From Auanema rhodensis (taxonomy: Eukaryota; Animalia; Nematoda): a stretch of 64,000 nucleotides of DNA. Under the pieces are notes generated by a model that worked only from the letters and a program-made list of their open reading frames with translations, was not told the DNA's origin and ran no database searches. The DNA lies in assembly GCA_964057225.1 (NCBI GenBank), contig OZ059900.1, forward strand, positions 16,616,001 to 16,680,000, read 5' to 3'. How positions within the stretch are numbered: position 1 is the stretch's first letter; the number at the start of each line of letters is the position of its first letter. Below, in pieces: positions 24,901 through 38,400 of this stretch. Made by a program: the position numbers and the translations under genes.

Positions 24901-27900
24901 TCGCTGTAAACAAGGTTTTGACTTACGATTTCATGTGTTCAAACTCATGCAATGTCAATGAAACCTAGCTCAAAATTGTTCGTACAACGTCTAGTTCCAC
25001 TTTCACGACAAAAAAACAAGGGTTAGAAAATTAAGGAAATTAGCATATTCTGAGGGCACGCCCCTTATGGCTAATATTGATTAAATCGATTTTTGTTCAT
25101 ATGAGTCGTCAAATGCAACGAATTTCAGCGTCTTACATACTAAAATGAAGCATTTTACATGCTGAACACTAGAAAAATACAAAAACACAGTATTTCCCAT
25201 GAGAAATATTTTATCATGCTGGAAAACCAGTTTTTGGAAATTTCGCTGTAAACAAGGTTTTGACTTACGATTTCATGTGTTCAAACTCATGCAATGTCAA
25301 TGAAACCTAGCTCAAAATTGTTTGTACAACGTCTAGTTCCACTTTCACGACAAAAAAACAAGGGTTAGAAAATTAAGGAAATTAGCATATTCTGAGGGCA
25401 CGCCCCTTATGGCTAATATTGATTAAATCGATTTTTGTTCATATGAGTCGTCAAATGCAACGAATTTCAGCGTGTTACATACTAAAATGAAGCATTTTAC
25501 ATGCTGAACACTAGAAAAATACAAAAACACAGTATTTCCCATGAGAAATATTTTATTATGCTGGAAAACCAGTTTTTGGAAATTTCGCTGTAAACAAGGT
25601 TTTGACTTACGATTTCATGTGTTCAAACTCATGCAATGTCAATGAAACCTAGCTCAAAATTGTTCGTACAACGTCTAGTTCCACTTTCACGACAAAAAAA
25701 CAGGGGTTAGAAAATTAAGGAAATTAGCATATTCTGAGGGCACGCCCCTTATGGCTAATATTGATTAAATCGATTTTTGTTCATATGAGTCGTCAAATGC
25801 AACGAATTTCAGCGTGTTACACACTAAAATGAAGCATTTCACATGCTGAACACTAGAAGAATACAAAAACACAGTTTTTCCATGAGAAATATTTTATTAT
25901 GCTGGAAAACCAGTTTTTGGAAATTTCGCTGTAAACAAGGTTTTGACTTACGATTTCATGTGTTCAAACTCATGCAATGTCAATGAAACCTAGCTCAAAA
26001 TTGTTCGTACAACGTCTAGTTCCACTTTCACGACAAAAAAACAGGGGTTAGAAAATTAAGGAAATTAGCATATTCTGAGGGCACGCCCCTTATGGCTAAT
26101 ATTGATTAAATCGATTTTTGTTCATATGAGTCGTCAAATGCAACGAATTTCAGCGTGTTACACACTAAAATGAAGCATTTCACATGCTGAACACTAGAAG
26201 AATACAAAAACACAGTTTTTCCATGAGAAATATTTTATTATGCTGGAAAACCAGTTTTTCGAAATTTCGCTGTAAACAAGGTTTTGACTTACGATTTCAT
26301 GTGTTCAAACTCATGCAATGTCAATGAAACCTAGCTCAAAATTGTTCGTACAACGTCTAGTTCCACTTTCACGACAAAAAAACAGGGGTTAGAAAATTAA
26401 GGAAATTAGCATATTCTGAGGGCACGCCCCTTATGGCTAATATTGATTAAATCGATTTTTGTTCATATGAGTCGTCAAATGCAACGAATTTCAGCGTGTT
26501 ACATACTAAAATGAAGCATTTTACATGCTGAACACTAGAAAAATACAAAAACACAGTATTTCCCATGAGAAATATTTTATTATGCTGGAAAACCAGTTTT
26601 TGGAAATTTCGCTGTAAACAAGGTTTTGACTTACGATTTCATGTGTTCAAACTCATGCAAGGTCAATGAAACCTAGCTCAAAATTGTTCGTACAACGTCT
26701 AGTTCCACTTTCACGACAAAAAAACAGGGGTTAGAAAATTAAGGAAATTAGCATATTCTGAGGGCACGCCCCTTATGGCTAATATTGATTAAATCGATTT
26801 TTGTTCATATGAGTCGTCAAATGCAACGAATTTCAGCGTGTTACATACTAAAATGAAGCATTTTACATGCTGAACACTAGAAGAATACAAAAACACAGTA
26901 TTTCCCATGAGAAATATTTTATTATGCTGGAAAACCAGTTTGTGGAAATTTCGCTGTAAACAAGGTTTTGACTTACGATTTCATGTGTTCAAACTCATGC
27001 AATGTCAATGAAACCTAGCTCAAAATTGTTCGTACAACGTCTAGTTCCACTTTCACGACAAAAAAACAGGGGTTAGAAAATTAAGGAAATTAGCATATTC
27101 TGAGGGCACGCCCCTTATGGCTAATATTGATTAAATCGATTTTTGTTCATATGAGTCGTCAAATGCAACGAATTTCAGCGTGTTACATACTAAAATGAAG
27201 CATTTTACATGCTGAACACTAGAAAAATACAAAAACACAGTATTTCCCATGAGAAATATTTTATCATGCTGGAAAACCAGTTTTTGGAAATTTCGCTGTA
27301 AACAAGGTTTTGACTTACGATTTCATGTGTTCAAACTCATGCAATGTCAATGAAACCTAGCTCAAAATTGTTTGTACAACGTCTAGTTCCACTTTCACGA
27401 CAAAAAAACAAGGGTTAGAAAATTAAGGAAATTAGCATATTCTGAGGGCACGCCCCTTATGGCTAATATTGATTAAATCGATTTTTGTTCATATGAGTCG
27501 TCAAATGCAACGAATTTCAGCGTGTTACATACTAAAATGAAGCATTTTACATGCTGAACACTAGAAAAATACAAAAACACAGTATTTCCCATGAGAAATA
27601 TTTTATTATGCTGGAAAACCAGTTTTTGGAAATTTCGCTGTAAACAAGGTTTTGACTTACGATTTCATGTGTTCAAACTCATGCAATGTCAATGAAACCT
27701 AGGTCAAAATTGTTCGTACAACGTCTAGTTCCACTTTCACGACAAAAAAACAGGGGTTAGAAAATTAAGGAAATTAGCATATTCTGAGGGCACGCCCCTT
27801 ATGGCTAATATTGATTAAATCGATTTTTGTTCATATGAGTCGTCAAATGCAACGAATTTCAGCGTGTTACACACTAAAATGAAGCATTTCACATGCTGAA

Positions 27901-30087
27901 CACTAGAAGAATACAAAAACACAGTATTTCCCATGAGAAATATTTTATTATGCTGGAAAACCAGTTTTTGGAAATTTCGCTGTAAACAAGGTTTTGACTT
28001 ACGATTTCATGTGTTCAAACTCATGCAATGTCAATGAAACCTAGCTCAAAATTGTTCGTACAACGTCTAGTTCCACTTTCACGACAAAAAAACAGGGGTT
28101 AGAAAATTAAGGAAATTAGCATATTCTGAGGGCACGCCCCTTATGGCTAATATTGATTAAATCGATTTTTGTTCATATGAGTCGTCAAATGCAACGAATT
28201 TCAGCGTGTTACATACTAAAATGAAGCATTTTACATGCTGAACACTAGAAAAATACAAAAACACAGTATTTCCCATGAGAAATATTTTATCATGCTGGAA
28301 AACCAGTTTTTGGAAATTTCGCTGTAAACAAGGTTTTGACTTACGATTTCATGTGTTCAAACTCATGCAATGTCAATGAAACCTAGCTCAAAATTGTTTG
28401 TACAACGTCTAGTTCCACTTTCACGACAAAAAAACAAGGGTTAGAAAATTAAGGAAATTAGCATATTCTGAGGGCACGCCCCTTATGGCTAATATTGATT
28501 AAATCGATTTTTGTTCATATGAGTCGTCAAATGCAACGAATTTCAGCGTGTTACATACTAAAATGAAGCATTTTACATGCTGAACACTAGAAAAATACAA
28601 AAACACAGTATTTCCCATGAGAAATATTTTATTATGCTGGAAAACCAGTTTTTGGAAATTTCGCTGTAAACAAGGTTTTGACTTACGATTTCATGTGTTC
28701 AAACTCATGCAATGTCAATGAAACCTAGCTCAAAATTGTTCGTACAACGTCTAGTTCCACTTTCACGACAAAAAAACAGGGGTTAGAAAATTAAGGAAAT
28801 TAGCATATTCTGAGGGCACGCCCCTTATGGCTAATATTGATTAAATCGATTTTTGTTCATATGAGTCGTCAAATGCAACGAATTTCAGCGTGTTACACAC
28901 TAAAATGAAGCATTTCACATGCTGAACACTAGAAGAATACAAAAACACAGTATTTCCCATGAGAAATATTTTATTATGCTGGAAAACCAGTTTTTCGAAA
29001 TTTCGCTGTAAACAAGGTTTTGACTTACGATTTCATGTGTTCAAACTCATGCAATGTCAATGAAACCTAGCTCAAAATTGTTCGTACAACGTCTAGTTCC
29101 ACTTTCACAACAAAAAAACAAGGGTTAGAAAATTAAGGAAATTAGCATATTCTGAGGGCACGCCCCTTATGGCTAATATTGATTAAATCGATTTTTGTTC
29201 ATATGAGTCGTCAAATGCAACGAATTTCAGCGTGTTACATACTAAAATGAAGCATTTTACATGCTGAACACTAGAAAAATACAAAAACACAGTATTTCCC
29301 ATGAGAAATATTTTATTATGCTGGAAAACCAGTTTTTGGAAATTTCGCTGTAAACAAGGTTTTGACTTACGATTTCATGTGTTCAAACTCATGCAATGTC
29401 AATGAAACCTAGCTCAAAATTGTTCGTACAACGTCTAGTTCCACTTTCACGACAAAAAAACAGGGGTTAGAAAATTAAGGAAATTAGCATATTCTGGGGG
29501 TACGCCCCTTATGGCTAATATTGATTAAATCGATTTTTGTTCATATGAGTCGTCAAATGCAACGAATTTCAGCGTGTTACATACTAAAATGAAGCATTTT
29601 ACATGCTGAACACTAGAAAAATACAAAAACACAGTATTTCCCATGAGAAATATTTTATTATGCTGGAAAACCAGTTTTTGGAAATTTCGCTGTAAACAAG
29701 GTTTTGACTTACGATTTCATGTGTTCAAACTCATGCAATGTCAATGAAACCTAGGTCAAAATTGTTCGTACAACGTCTAGTTCCACTTTCACGACAAAAA
29801 AACAGGGGTTAGAAAATTAAGGAAATTAGCATATTCTGAGGGCACGCCCCTTATGGCTAATATTGATTAAATCGATTTTTGTTCATATGAGTCGTCAAAT
29901 GCAACGAATTTCAGCGTGTTACATACTAAAATGAAGCATTTTACATGCTGAACACTAGAAAAATACAAAAACACAGTATTTCAAATGAGAAATATTTTAT
30001 TATGCTGGAAAACCAGTTTTTGGAAAGTTCGCTGTAAACAAGGTTTTGACTTACGATTTCATGTGTTCAAACTCATGCAATGTCAAT

Positions 30088-32481
30088 GAAACCTAGCTCA
30101 AAATTGTTCGTACAACGTCTAGTTCCACTTTCACGACAAAAAAACAGGTGTTAGAAAATTAAGGAAATTAGCATATTCTGAGGGCACGCCCCTTATGGCT
30201 AATATTGATTAAATCGATTTTTGTTCATATGAGTCGTCAAATGTAACGAATTTCAGCGTGTTACAAACTAAAATGAAGCATTTTACATGCTGAACACTAG
30301 AAAAATACAAAAACACAGTATTCCCCATGAGAAATATTTTATTATGCTGGAAAACCAGTTTTTGGAAATTTCGCTGTAAACAAGGTTTTGACTTACGATT
30401 TCATGTGTTCAAACTCATGCAATGTCAATGAAACCTAGCTCAAAATTGTTCGTACAACGTCTAGTTCCACTTTCACGACAAAAAAACAGGTGTTAGAAAA
30501 TTAAGGAAATTAGCATATTCTGAGGGCACGCCCCTTATGGCTAATATTGATTAAATCGATTTTTGTTCATATGAGTCGTCAAATGCAACGAATTTCAGCG
30601 TGTTACAAACTAAAATGAAGCATTTTACATGCTGAACACTAGAAAAATACAAAAACACAGTATTCCCCATGAGAAATATTTTATTATGCTGGAAAACCAG
30701 TTTTTGGAAATTTCGCTGTAAACAAGGTTTTGACTTACGATTTCATGTGTTCAAACTCATGCAATGTCAATGAAACCTAGCTCAAAATTGTTCGTACAAC
30801 GTCTAGTTCCACTTTCACGACAAAAAAACAGGTGTTAGAAAATTAAGGAAATTAGCATATTCTGAGGGCACGCCCCTTATGGCTAATATTGATTAAATCG
30901 ATTTTTGTTCATATGAGTCGTCAAATGCAACGAATTTCAGCGTGTTACAAACTAAAATGAAGCATTTTACATGCTGAACACTAGAAAAATACAAAAACAC
31001 AGTATTCCCCATGAGAAATATTTTATTATGCTGGAAAACCAGTTTTTGGAAATTTCGCTGTAAACAAGGTTTTGACTTACGATTTCATGTGTTCAAACTC
31101 ATGCAATGTCAATGAAACCTAGCTCAAAATTGTTCGTACAACGTCTAGTTCCACTTTCACGACAAAAAAACAGGTGTTAGAAAATTAAGGAAATTAGCAT
31201 ATTCTGAGGGCACGCCCCTTATGGCTAATATTGATTAAATCGATTTTTGTTCATATGAGTCGTCAAATGCAACGAATTTCAGCGTGTTACAAACTAAAAT
31301 GAAGCATTTTACATGCTGAACACTAGAAAAATACAAAAACACAGTATTCCCCATGAGAAATATTTTATTATGCTGGAAAACCAGTTTTTGGAAATTTCGC
31401 TGTAAACAAGGTTTTGACTTACGATTTCATGTGTTCAAACTCATGCAATGTCAATGAAACCTAGCTCAAAATTGTTCGTACAACGTCTAGTTCCACTTTC
31501 ACGACAAAAAAACAGGTGTTAGAAAATTAAGGAAATTAGCATATTCTGAGGGCACGCCCCTTATGGCTAATATTGATTAAATCGATTTTTGTTCATATGA
31601 GTCGTCAAATGCAACGAATTTCAGCGTGTTACAAACTAAAATGAAGCATTTTACATGCTGAACACTAGAAAAATACAAAAACACAGTATTCCCCATGAGA
31701 AATATTTTATTATGCTGGAAAACCAGTTTTTGGAAATTTCGCTGTAAACAAGGTTTTGACTTACGATTTCATGTGTTCAAACTCATGCAATGTCAATGAA
31801 ACCTAGCTCAAAATTGTTCGTACAACGTCTAGTTCCACTTTCACGACAAAAAAACAGGTGTTAGAAAATTAAGGAAATTAGCATATTCTGAGGGCACGCC
31901 CCTTATGGCTAATATTGATTAAATCGATTTTTGTTCATATGAGTCGTCAAATGCAACGAATTTCAGCGTGTTACAAACTAAAATGAAGCATTTTACATGC
32001 TGAACACTAGAAAAATACAAAAACACAGTATTCCCCATGAGAAATATTTTATTATGCTGGAAAACCAGTTTTTGGAAATTTCGCTGTAAACAAGGTTTTG
32101 ACTTACGATTTCATGTGTTCAAACTCATGCAATGTCAATGAAACCTAGCTCAAAATTGTTCGTACAACGTCTAGTTCCACTTTCACGACAAAAAAACAGG
32201 TGTTAGAAAATTAAGGAAATTAGCATATTCTGAGGGCACGCCCCTTATGGCTAATATTGATTAAATCGATTTTTGTTCATATGAGTCGTCAAATGCAACG
32301 AATTTCAGCGTGTTACAAACTAAAATGAAGCATTTTACATGCTGAACACTAGAAAAATACAAAAACACAGTATTCCCCATGAGAAATATTTTATTATGCT
32401 GGAAAACCAGTTTTTGGAAATTTCGCTGTAAACAAGGTTTTGACTTACGATTTCATGTGTTCAAACTCATGCAATGTCAAT
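30088..32481. repeat. Run of 7 copies of one variant monomer (62T, 179A, 236C)
   Basis: CAGGTGTT / TTACAAACT / TATTCCCC in M89-M95. Only one such monomer at the equivalent site in copy 2 (59832-60173). Confidence 0.93.
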
Positions 32482-35400
32482 GAAACCTAGCTCAAAATTG
32501 TTCGTACAACGTCTAGTTCCACTTTCACGACAAAAAAACAGGGGTTAGAAAATTAAGGAAATTAGCATATTCTGAGGGCACGCCCCTTATGGCTAATATT
32601 GATTAAATCGATTTTTGTTCATATGAGTCGTCAAATGCAACGAATTTCAGCGTGTTACATACTAAAATGAAGCATTTTACATGCTGAACACTAGAAAAAT
32701 ACAAAAACACAGTATTTCCCATGAGAAATATTTTATTATGCTGGAAAACCAGTTTTTGGAAATTTCGCTGTAAACAAGGTTTTGACTTACGATTTCATGT
32801 GTTCAAACTCATGCAATGTCAATGAAACCTAGCTCAAAATTGTTCGTACAACGTCTAGTTCCACTTTCACGACAAAAAAACAGGGGTTAGAAAATTAAGG
32901 AAATTAGCATATTCTGAGGGCACGCCCCTTATGGCTAATATTGATTAAATCGATTTTTGTTCATATGAGTCGTCAAATGCAACGAATTTCAGCGTGTTAC
33001 ATACTAAAATGAAGCATTTTACATGCTGAACACTAGAAAAATACAAAAACACAGTATTTCCCATGAGAAATATTTTATTATGCTGGAAAACCAGTTTTTG
33101 GAAATTTCGCTGTAAACAAGGTTTTGACTTACGATTTCATGTGTTCAAACTCATGCAATGTCAATGAAACCTAGCTCAAAATTGTTCGTACAACGTCTAG
33201 TTCCACTTTCACGACAAAAAAACAGGGGTTAGAAAATTAAGGAAATTAGCATATTCTGAGGGCACGCCCCTTATGGCTAATATTGATTAAATCGATTTTT
33301 GTTCATATGAGTCGTCAAATGCAACGAATTTCAGCGTGTTACATACTAAAATGAAGCATTTTACATGCTGAACACTAGAAAAATACAAAAACACAGTATT
33401 TCAAATGAGAAATATTTTATTATGCTGGAAAACCAGTTTTTGGAAATTTCGCTGTAAACAAGGTTTTGACTTACGATTTCATGTGTTCAAACTCATGCAA
33501 TGTCAATGAAACCTAGCTCAAAATTGTTCGTACAACGTCTAGTTCCACTTTCACGACAAAAAAACAGGGGTTAGAAAATTAAGGAAATTAGCATATTCTG
33601 AGGGCACGCCCCTTATGGCTAATATTGATTAAATCGATTTTTGTTCATATGAGTCGTCAAATGCAACGAATTTCAGCGTGTTACAAACTAAAATGAAGCA
33701 TTTTACATGCTGAACACTAGAAAAATACAAAAACACAGTATTCCCCATGAGAAATATTTTATTATGCTGGAAAACCAGTTTTTGGAAATTTCGCTGTAAA
33801 CAAGGTTTTGACTTACGATTTCATGTGTTCAAACTCATGCAATGTCAATGAAACCTAGCTCAAAAATGTTCGTACAACGTCTAGTTCCACTTTCACGACA
33901 AAAAAACAGGGGTTAGAAAATTAAGGAAATTAGCATATTCTGAGGGCACGCCCCTTATGGCTAATATTGATTAAATCGATTTTTGTTCATATGAGTCGTC
34001 AAATGCAACGAATTTCAGCGTGTTACATACTAAAATGAAGCATTTTACATGCTGAACACTAGAAAAATACAAAAACACAGTATTTCCCATGAGAAATATT
34101 TTATTATGCTGGAAAACCAGTTTTTGGAAATTTCGCTGTAAACAAGGTTTTGACTTACGATTTCATGTGTTCAAACTCATGCAATGTCAATGAAACCTAG
34201 CTCAAAATTGTTCGTACAACGTCTAGTTCCACTTTCACGACAAAAAAACAGGGGTTAGAAAATTAAGGAAATTAGCATATTCTGAGGGCACGCCCCTTAT
34301 GGCTAATATTGATTAAATCGATTTTTGTTCATATGAGTCGTCAAATGCAACGAATTTCAGCGTGTTACATACTAAAATGAAGCATTTTACATGCTGAACA
34401 CTAGAAAAATACAAAAACACAGTATTTCAAATGAGAAATATTTTATTATGCTGGAAAACCAGTTTTTGGAAATTTCGCTGTAAACAAGGTTTTGACTTAC
34501 GATTTCATGTGTTCAAACTCATGCAATGTCAATGAAACCTAGCTCAAAATTGTTCGTACAACGTCTAGTTCCACTTTCACGACAAAAAAACAGGGGTTAG
34601 AAAATTAAGGAAATTAGCATATTCTGAGGGCACGCCCCTTATGGCTAATATTGATTAAATCGATTTTTGTTCATATGAGTCGTCAAATGCAACGAATTTC
34701 AGCGTGTTACAAACTAAAATGAAGCATTTTACATGCTGAACACTAGAAAAATACAAAAACACAGTGTTTCCCATGAGAAATATTTTATTATGCTGGAAAA
34801 CCAGTTTTTGGAAATTTCGCTGTAAACAAGGTTTTGACTTACGATTTCATGTGTTCAAACTCATGCAATGTCAATGAAACCTAGCTCAAAATTGTTCGTA
34901 CAACGTCTAGTTCCACTTTCACGACAAAAAAACAGGGGTTAGAAAATTAAGGAAATTAGCATATTCTGAGGGCACGCCCCTCATGGCTAATATTGATTAA
35001 ATCGATTTTTGTTCATATGAGTCGTCAAATGCAACGAATTTCAGCGTGTTACATACTAAAATGAAGCATTTTACATGCTGAACACTAGAAAAATACAAAA
35101 ACACAGTATTTCCCATGAGAAATATTTTATTATGCTGGAAAACCAGTTTTTGAAAATTTCGCTGTAAACAAAGTTTTGACTTACGATTGCATGTGTTCAA
35201 ACTCATGCAATGTCAATGAAACCTAGCTCAAAATTGTTCGTACAACGTCTAGTTCCACTTTCACGACAAAAAAACAGGGGTTAGAAAATTAAGGAAATTA
35301 GCATATTCTGAGGGCACGCCCCTTATGGCTAATATTGATTAAATCGATTTTTGTTCATATGAGTCGTCAAATGCAACGAATTTCAGCGTGTTACATACTA

Positions 35401-38400
35401 AAATGAAGCATTTTACATGCTGAACACTAGAAAAATACAAAAACACAGTATTTCCCATGAGAAATATTTTATTATGCTGGAAAACCAGTTTTTGGAAATT
35501 TCGCTGTAAACAAGGTTTTGACTTACGATTTCATGTGTTCAAACTCATGCAATGTCAATGAAACCTAGCTCAAAATTGTTCGTACAACGTCTAGTTCCAC
35601 TTTCACAACAAAAAAACAGGGGTTAGAAAATTAAGGAAATTAGCATATTCTGAGGGCACGCCCCTTATGGCTAATATTGATTAAATCGATTTTTGTTCAT
35701 ATGAGTCGTCAAATGCAACGAATTTCAGCGTGTTACATACTAAAATGAAGCATTTTACATGCTGAACACTAGAAAAATACAAAAACACAGTATTTCCCAT
35801 GAGAAATATTTTATTATGCTGGAAAACCAGTTTTTGGAAATTTCGCTGTAAACAAGGTTTTGACTTACGATTTCATGTGTTCAAACTCATGCAATGTCAA
35901 TGAAACCTAGCTCAAAATTGTTCGTACAACGTCTAGTTCCACTTTCACGACAAAAAAACAGGGGTTAGAAAATTAAGGAAATTAGCATATTCTGAGGGCA
36001 CGCCCCTTATGGCTAATATTGATTAAATCGATTTTTGTTCATATGAGTCGTCAAATGCAACGAATTTCAGCGTGTTACAAACTAAAATGAAGCATTTTAC
36101 ATGCTGAACACTAGAAAAATACAAAAACACAGTGTTTCCCATGAGAAATATTTTATTATGCTGGAAAACCAGTTTTTGGAAATTTCGCTGTAAACAAGGT
36201 TTTGACTTACGATTTCATGTGTTCAAACTCATGCAATGTCAATGAAACCTAGCTCAAAATTGTTCGTACAACGTCTAGTTCCACTTTCACGACAAAAAAA
36301 CAGGGGTTAGAAAATTAAGGAAATTAGCATATTCTGAGGGCACGCCCCTCATGGCTAATATTGATTAAATCGATTTTTGTTCATATGAGTCGTCAAATGC
36401 AACGAATTTCAGCGTGTTACATACTAAAATGAAGCATTTTACATGCTGAACACTAGAAAAATACAAAAACACAGTATTCCCCATGAGAAATATTTTATTA
36501 TGCTGGAAAACCAGTTTTTGGAAATTTCGCTGTAAACAAGGTTTTGACTTACGATTTCATGTGTTCAAACTCATGCAATGTCAATGAAACCTAGCTCAAA
36601 ATTGTTCGTACAACGTCTAGTTCCACTTTCACGACAAAAAAACAGGGGTTAGAAAATTAAGGAAATTAGCATATTCTGAGGGCACGCCCCTTATGGCTAA
36701 TATTGATTAAATCGATTTTTGTTCATATGAGTCGTCAAATGCAACGAATTTCAGCGTGTTACAAACTAAAATGAAGCATTTTACATGCTGAACACTAGAA
36801 AAATACAAAAACACAGTATTTCCCATGAGAAATATTTTATTATGCTGGAAAACCAGTTTTTGGAAATTTCGCTGTAAACAAGGTTTTGACTTACGATTTC
36901 ATGTGTTCAAACTCATGCAATGTCAATGAAACCTAGCTCAAAATTGTTCGTACAACGTCTAGTTCCACTTTCACGACAAAAAAACAGGGGTTAGAAAATT
37001 AAGGAAATTAGCATATTCTGAGGGCACGCCCCTCATGGCTAATATTGATTAAATCGATTTTTGTTCATATGAGTCGTCAAATGCAACGAATTTCAGCGTG
37101 TTACATACTAAAATGAAGCATTTTACATGCTGAACACTAGAAAAATACAAAAACACAGTATTCCCCATGAGAAATATTTTATTATGCTGGAAAACCAGTT
37201 TTTGGAAATTTCGCTGTAAACAAGGTTTTGACTTACGATTTCATGTGTTCAAACTCATGCAATGTCAATGAAACCTAGCTCAAAATTGTTCGTACAACGT
37301 CTAGTTCCACTTTCACGACAAAAAAACAGGGGTTAGAAAATTAAGGAAATTAGCATATTCTGAGGGCACGCCCCTTATGGCTAATATTGATTAAATCGAT
37401 TTTTGTTCATATGAGTCGTCAAATGCAACGAATTTCAGCGTGTTACATACTAAAATGAAGCATTTTACATGCTGAACACTAGAAAAATACAAAAACACAG
37501 TATTTCCCATGAGAAATATTTTATTATGCTGGAAAACCAGTTTTTGGAAATTTCGCTGTAAACAAGGTTTTGACTTACGATTTCATGTGTTCAAACTCAT
37601 GCAATGTCAATGAAACCTAGCTCAAAATTGTTCGTACAACGTCTAGTTCCACTTTCACGACAAAAAAACAGGGGTTAGAAAATTAAGGAAATTAGCATAT
37701 TCTGAGGGCACGCCCCTTATGGCTAATATTGATTAAATCGATTTTTGTTCATATGAGTCGTCAAATGCAACGAATTTCAGCGTGTTACATACTAAAATGA
37801 AGCATTTTACATGCTGAACACTAGAAAAATACAAAAACACAGTATTTCCCATGAGAAATATTTTATTATGCTGGAAAACCAGTTTTTGGAAATTTCGCTG
37901 TAAACAAGGTTTTGACTTACGATTTCATGTGTTCAAACTCATGCAATGTCAATGAAACCTAGCTCAAAATTGTTCGTACAACGTCTAGTTCCACTTTCAC
38001 GACAAAAAAACAGGGGTTAGAAAATTAAGGAAATTAGCATATTCTGAGGGCACGCCCCTTATGGCTAATATTGATTAAATCGATTTTTGTTCATATGAGT
38101 CGTCAAATGCAACGAATTTCAGCGTGTTACATACTAAAATGAAGCATTTTACATGCTGAACACTAGAAAAATACAAAAACACAGTATTTCCCATGAGAAA
38201 TATTTTATCATGCTGGAAAACCAGTTTTTGGAAATTTCGCTGTAAACAAGGTTTTGACTTACGATTTCATGTGTTCAAACTCATGCAATGTCAATGAAAC
38301 CTAGCTCAAAATTGTTTGTACAACGTCTAGTTCCACTTTCACGACAAAAAAACAAGGGTTAGAAAATTAAGGAAATTAGCATATTCTGAGGGCACGCCCC

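Larger units (their letters stand above)
1..32481. repeat. Macro-repeat copy 1 (95 monomers, M1-M95)
   Basis: An ordered series of rare variants (17A at M10, ORF allele M13, 154G M48, 3-bp deletion M51, 76A M62, 336G M78, 94G+98T M87, 282G M88) recurs in the same order in 32482-60173. Confidence 0.9.
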
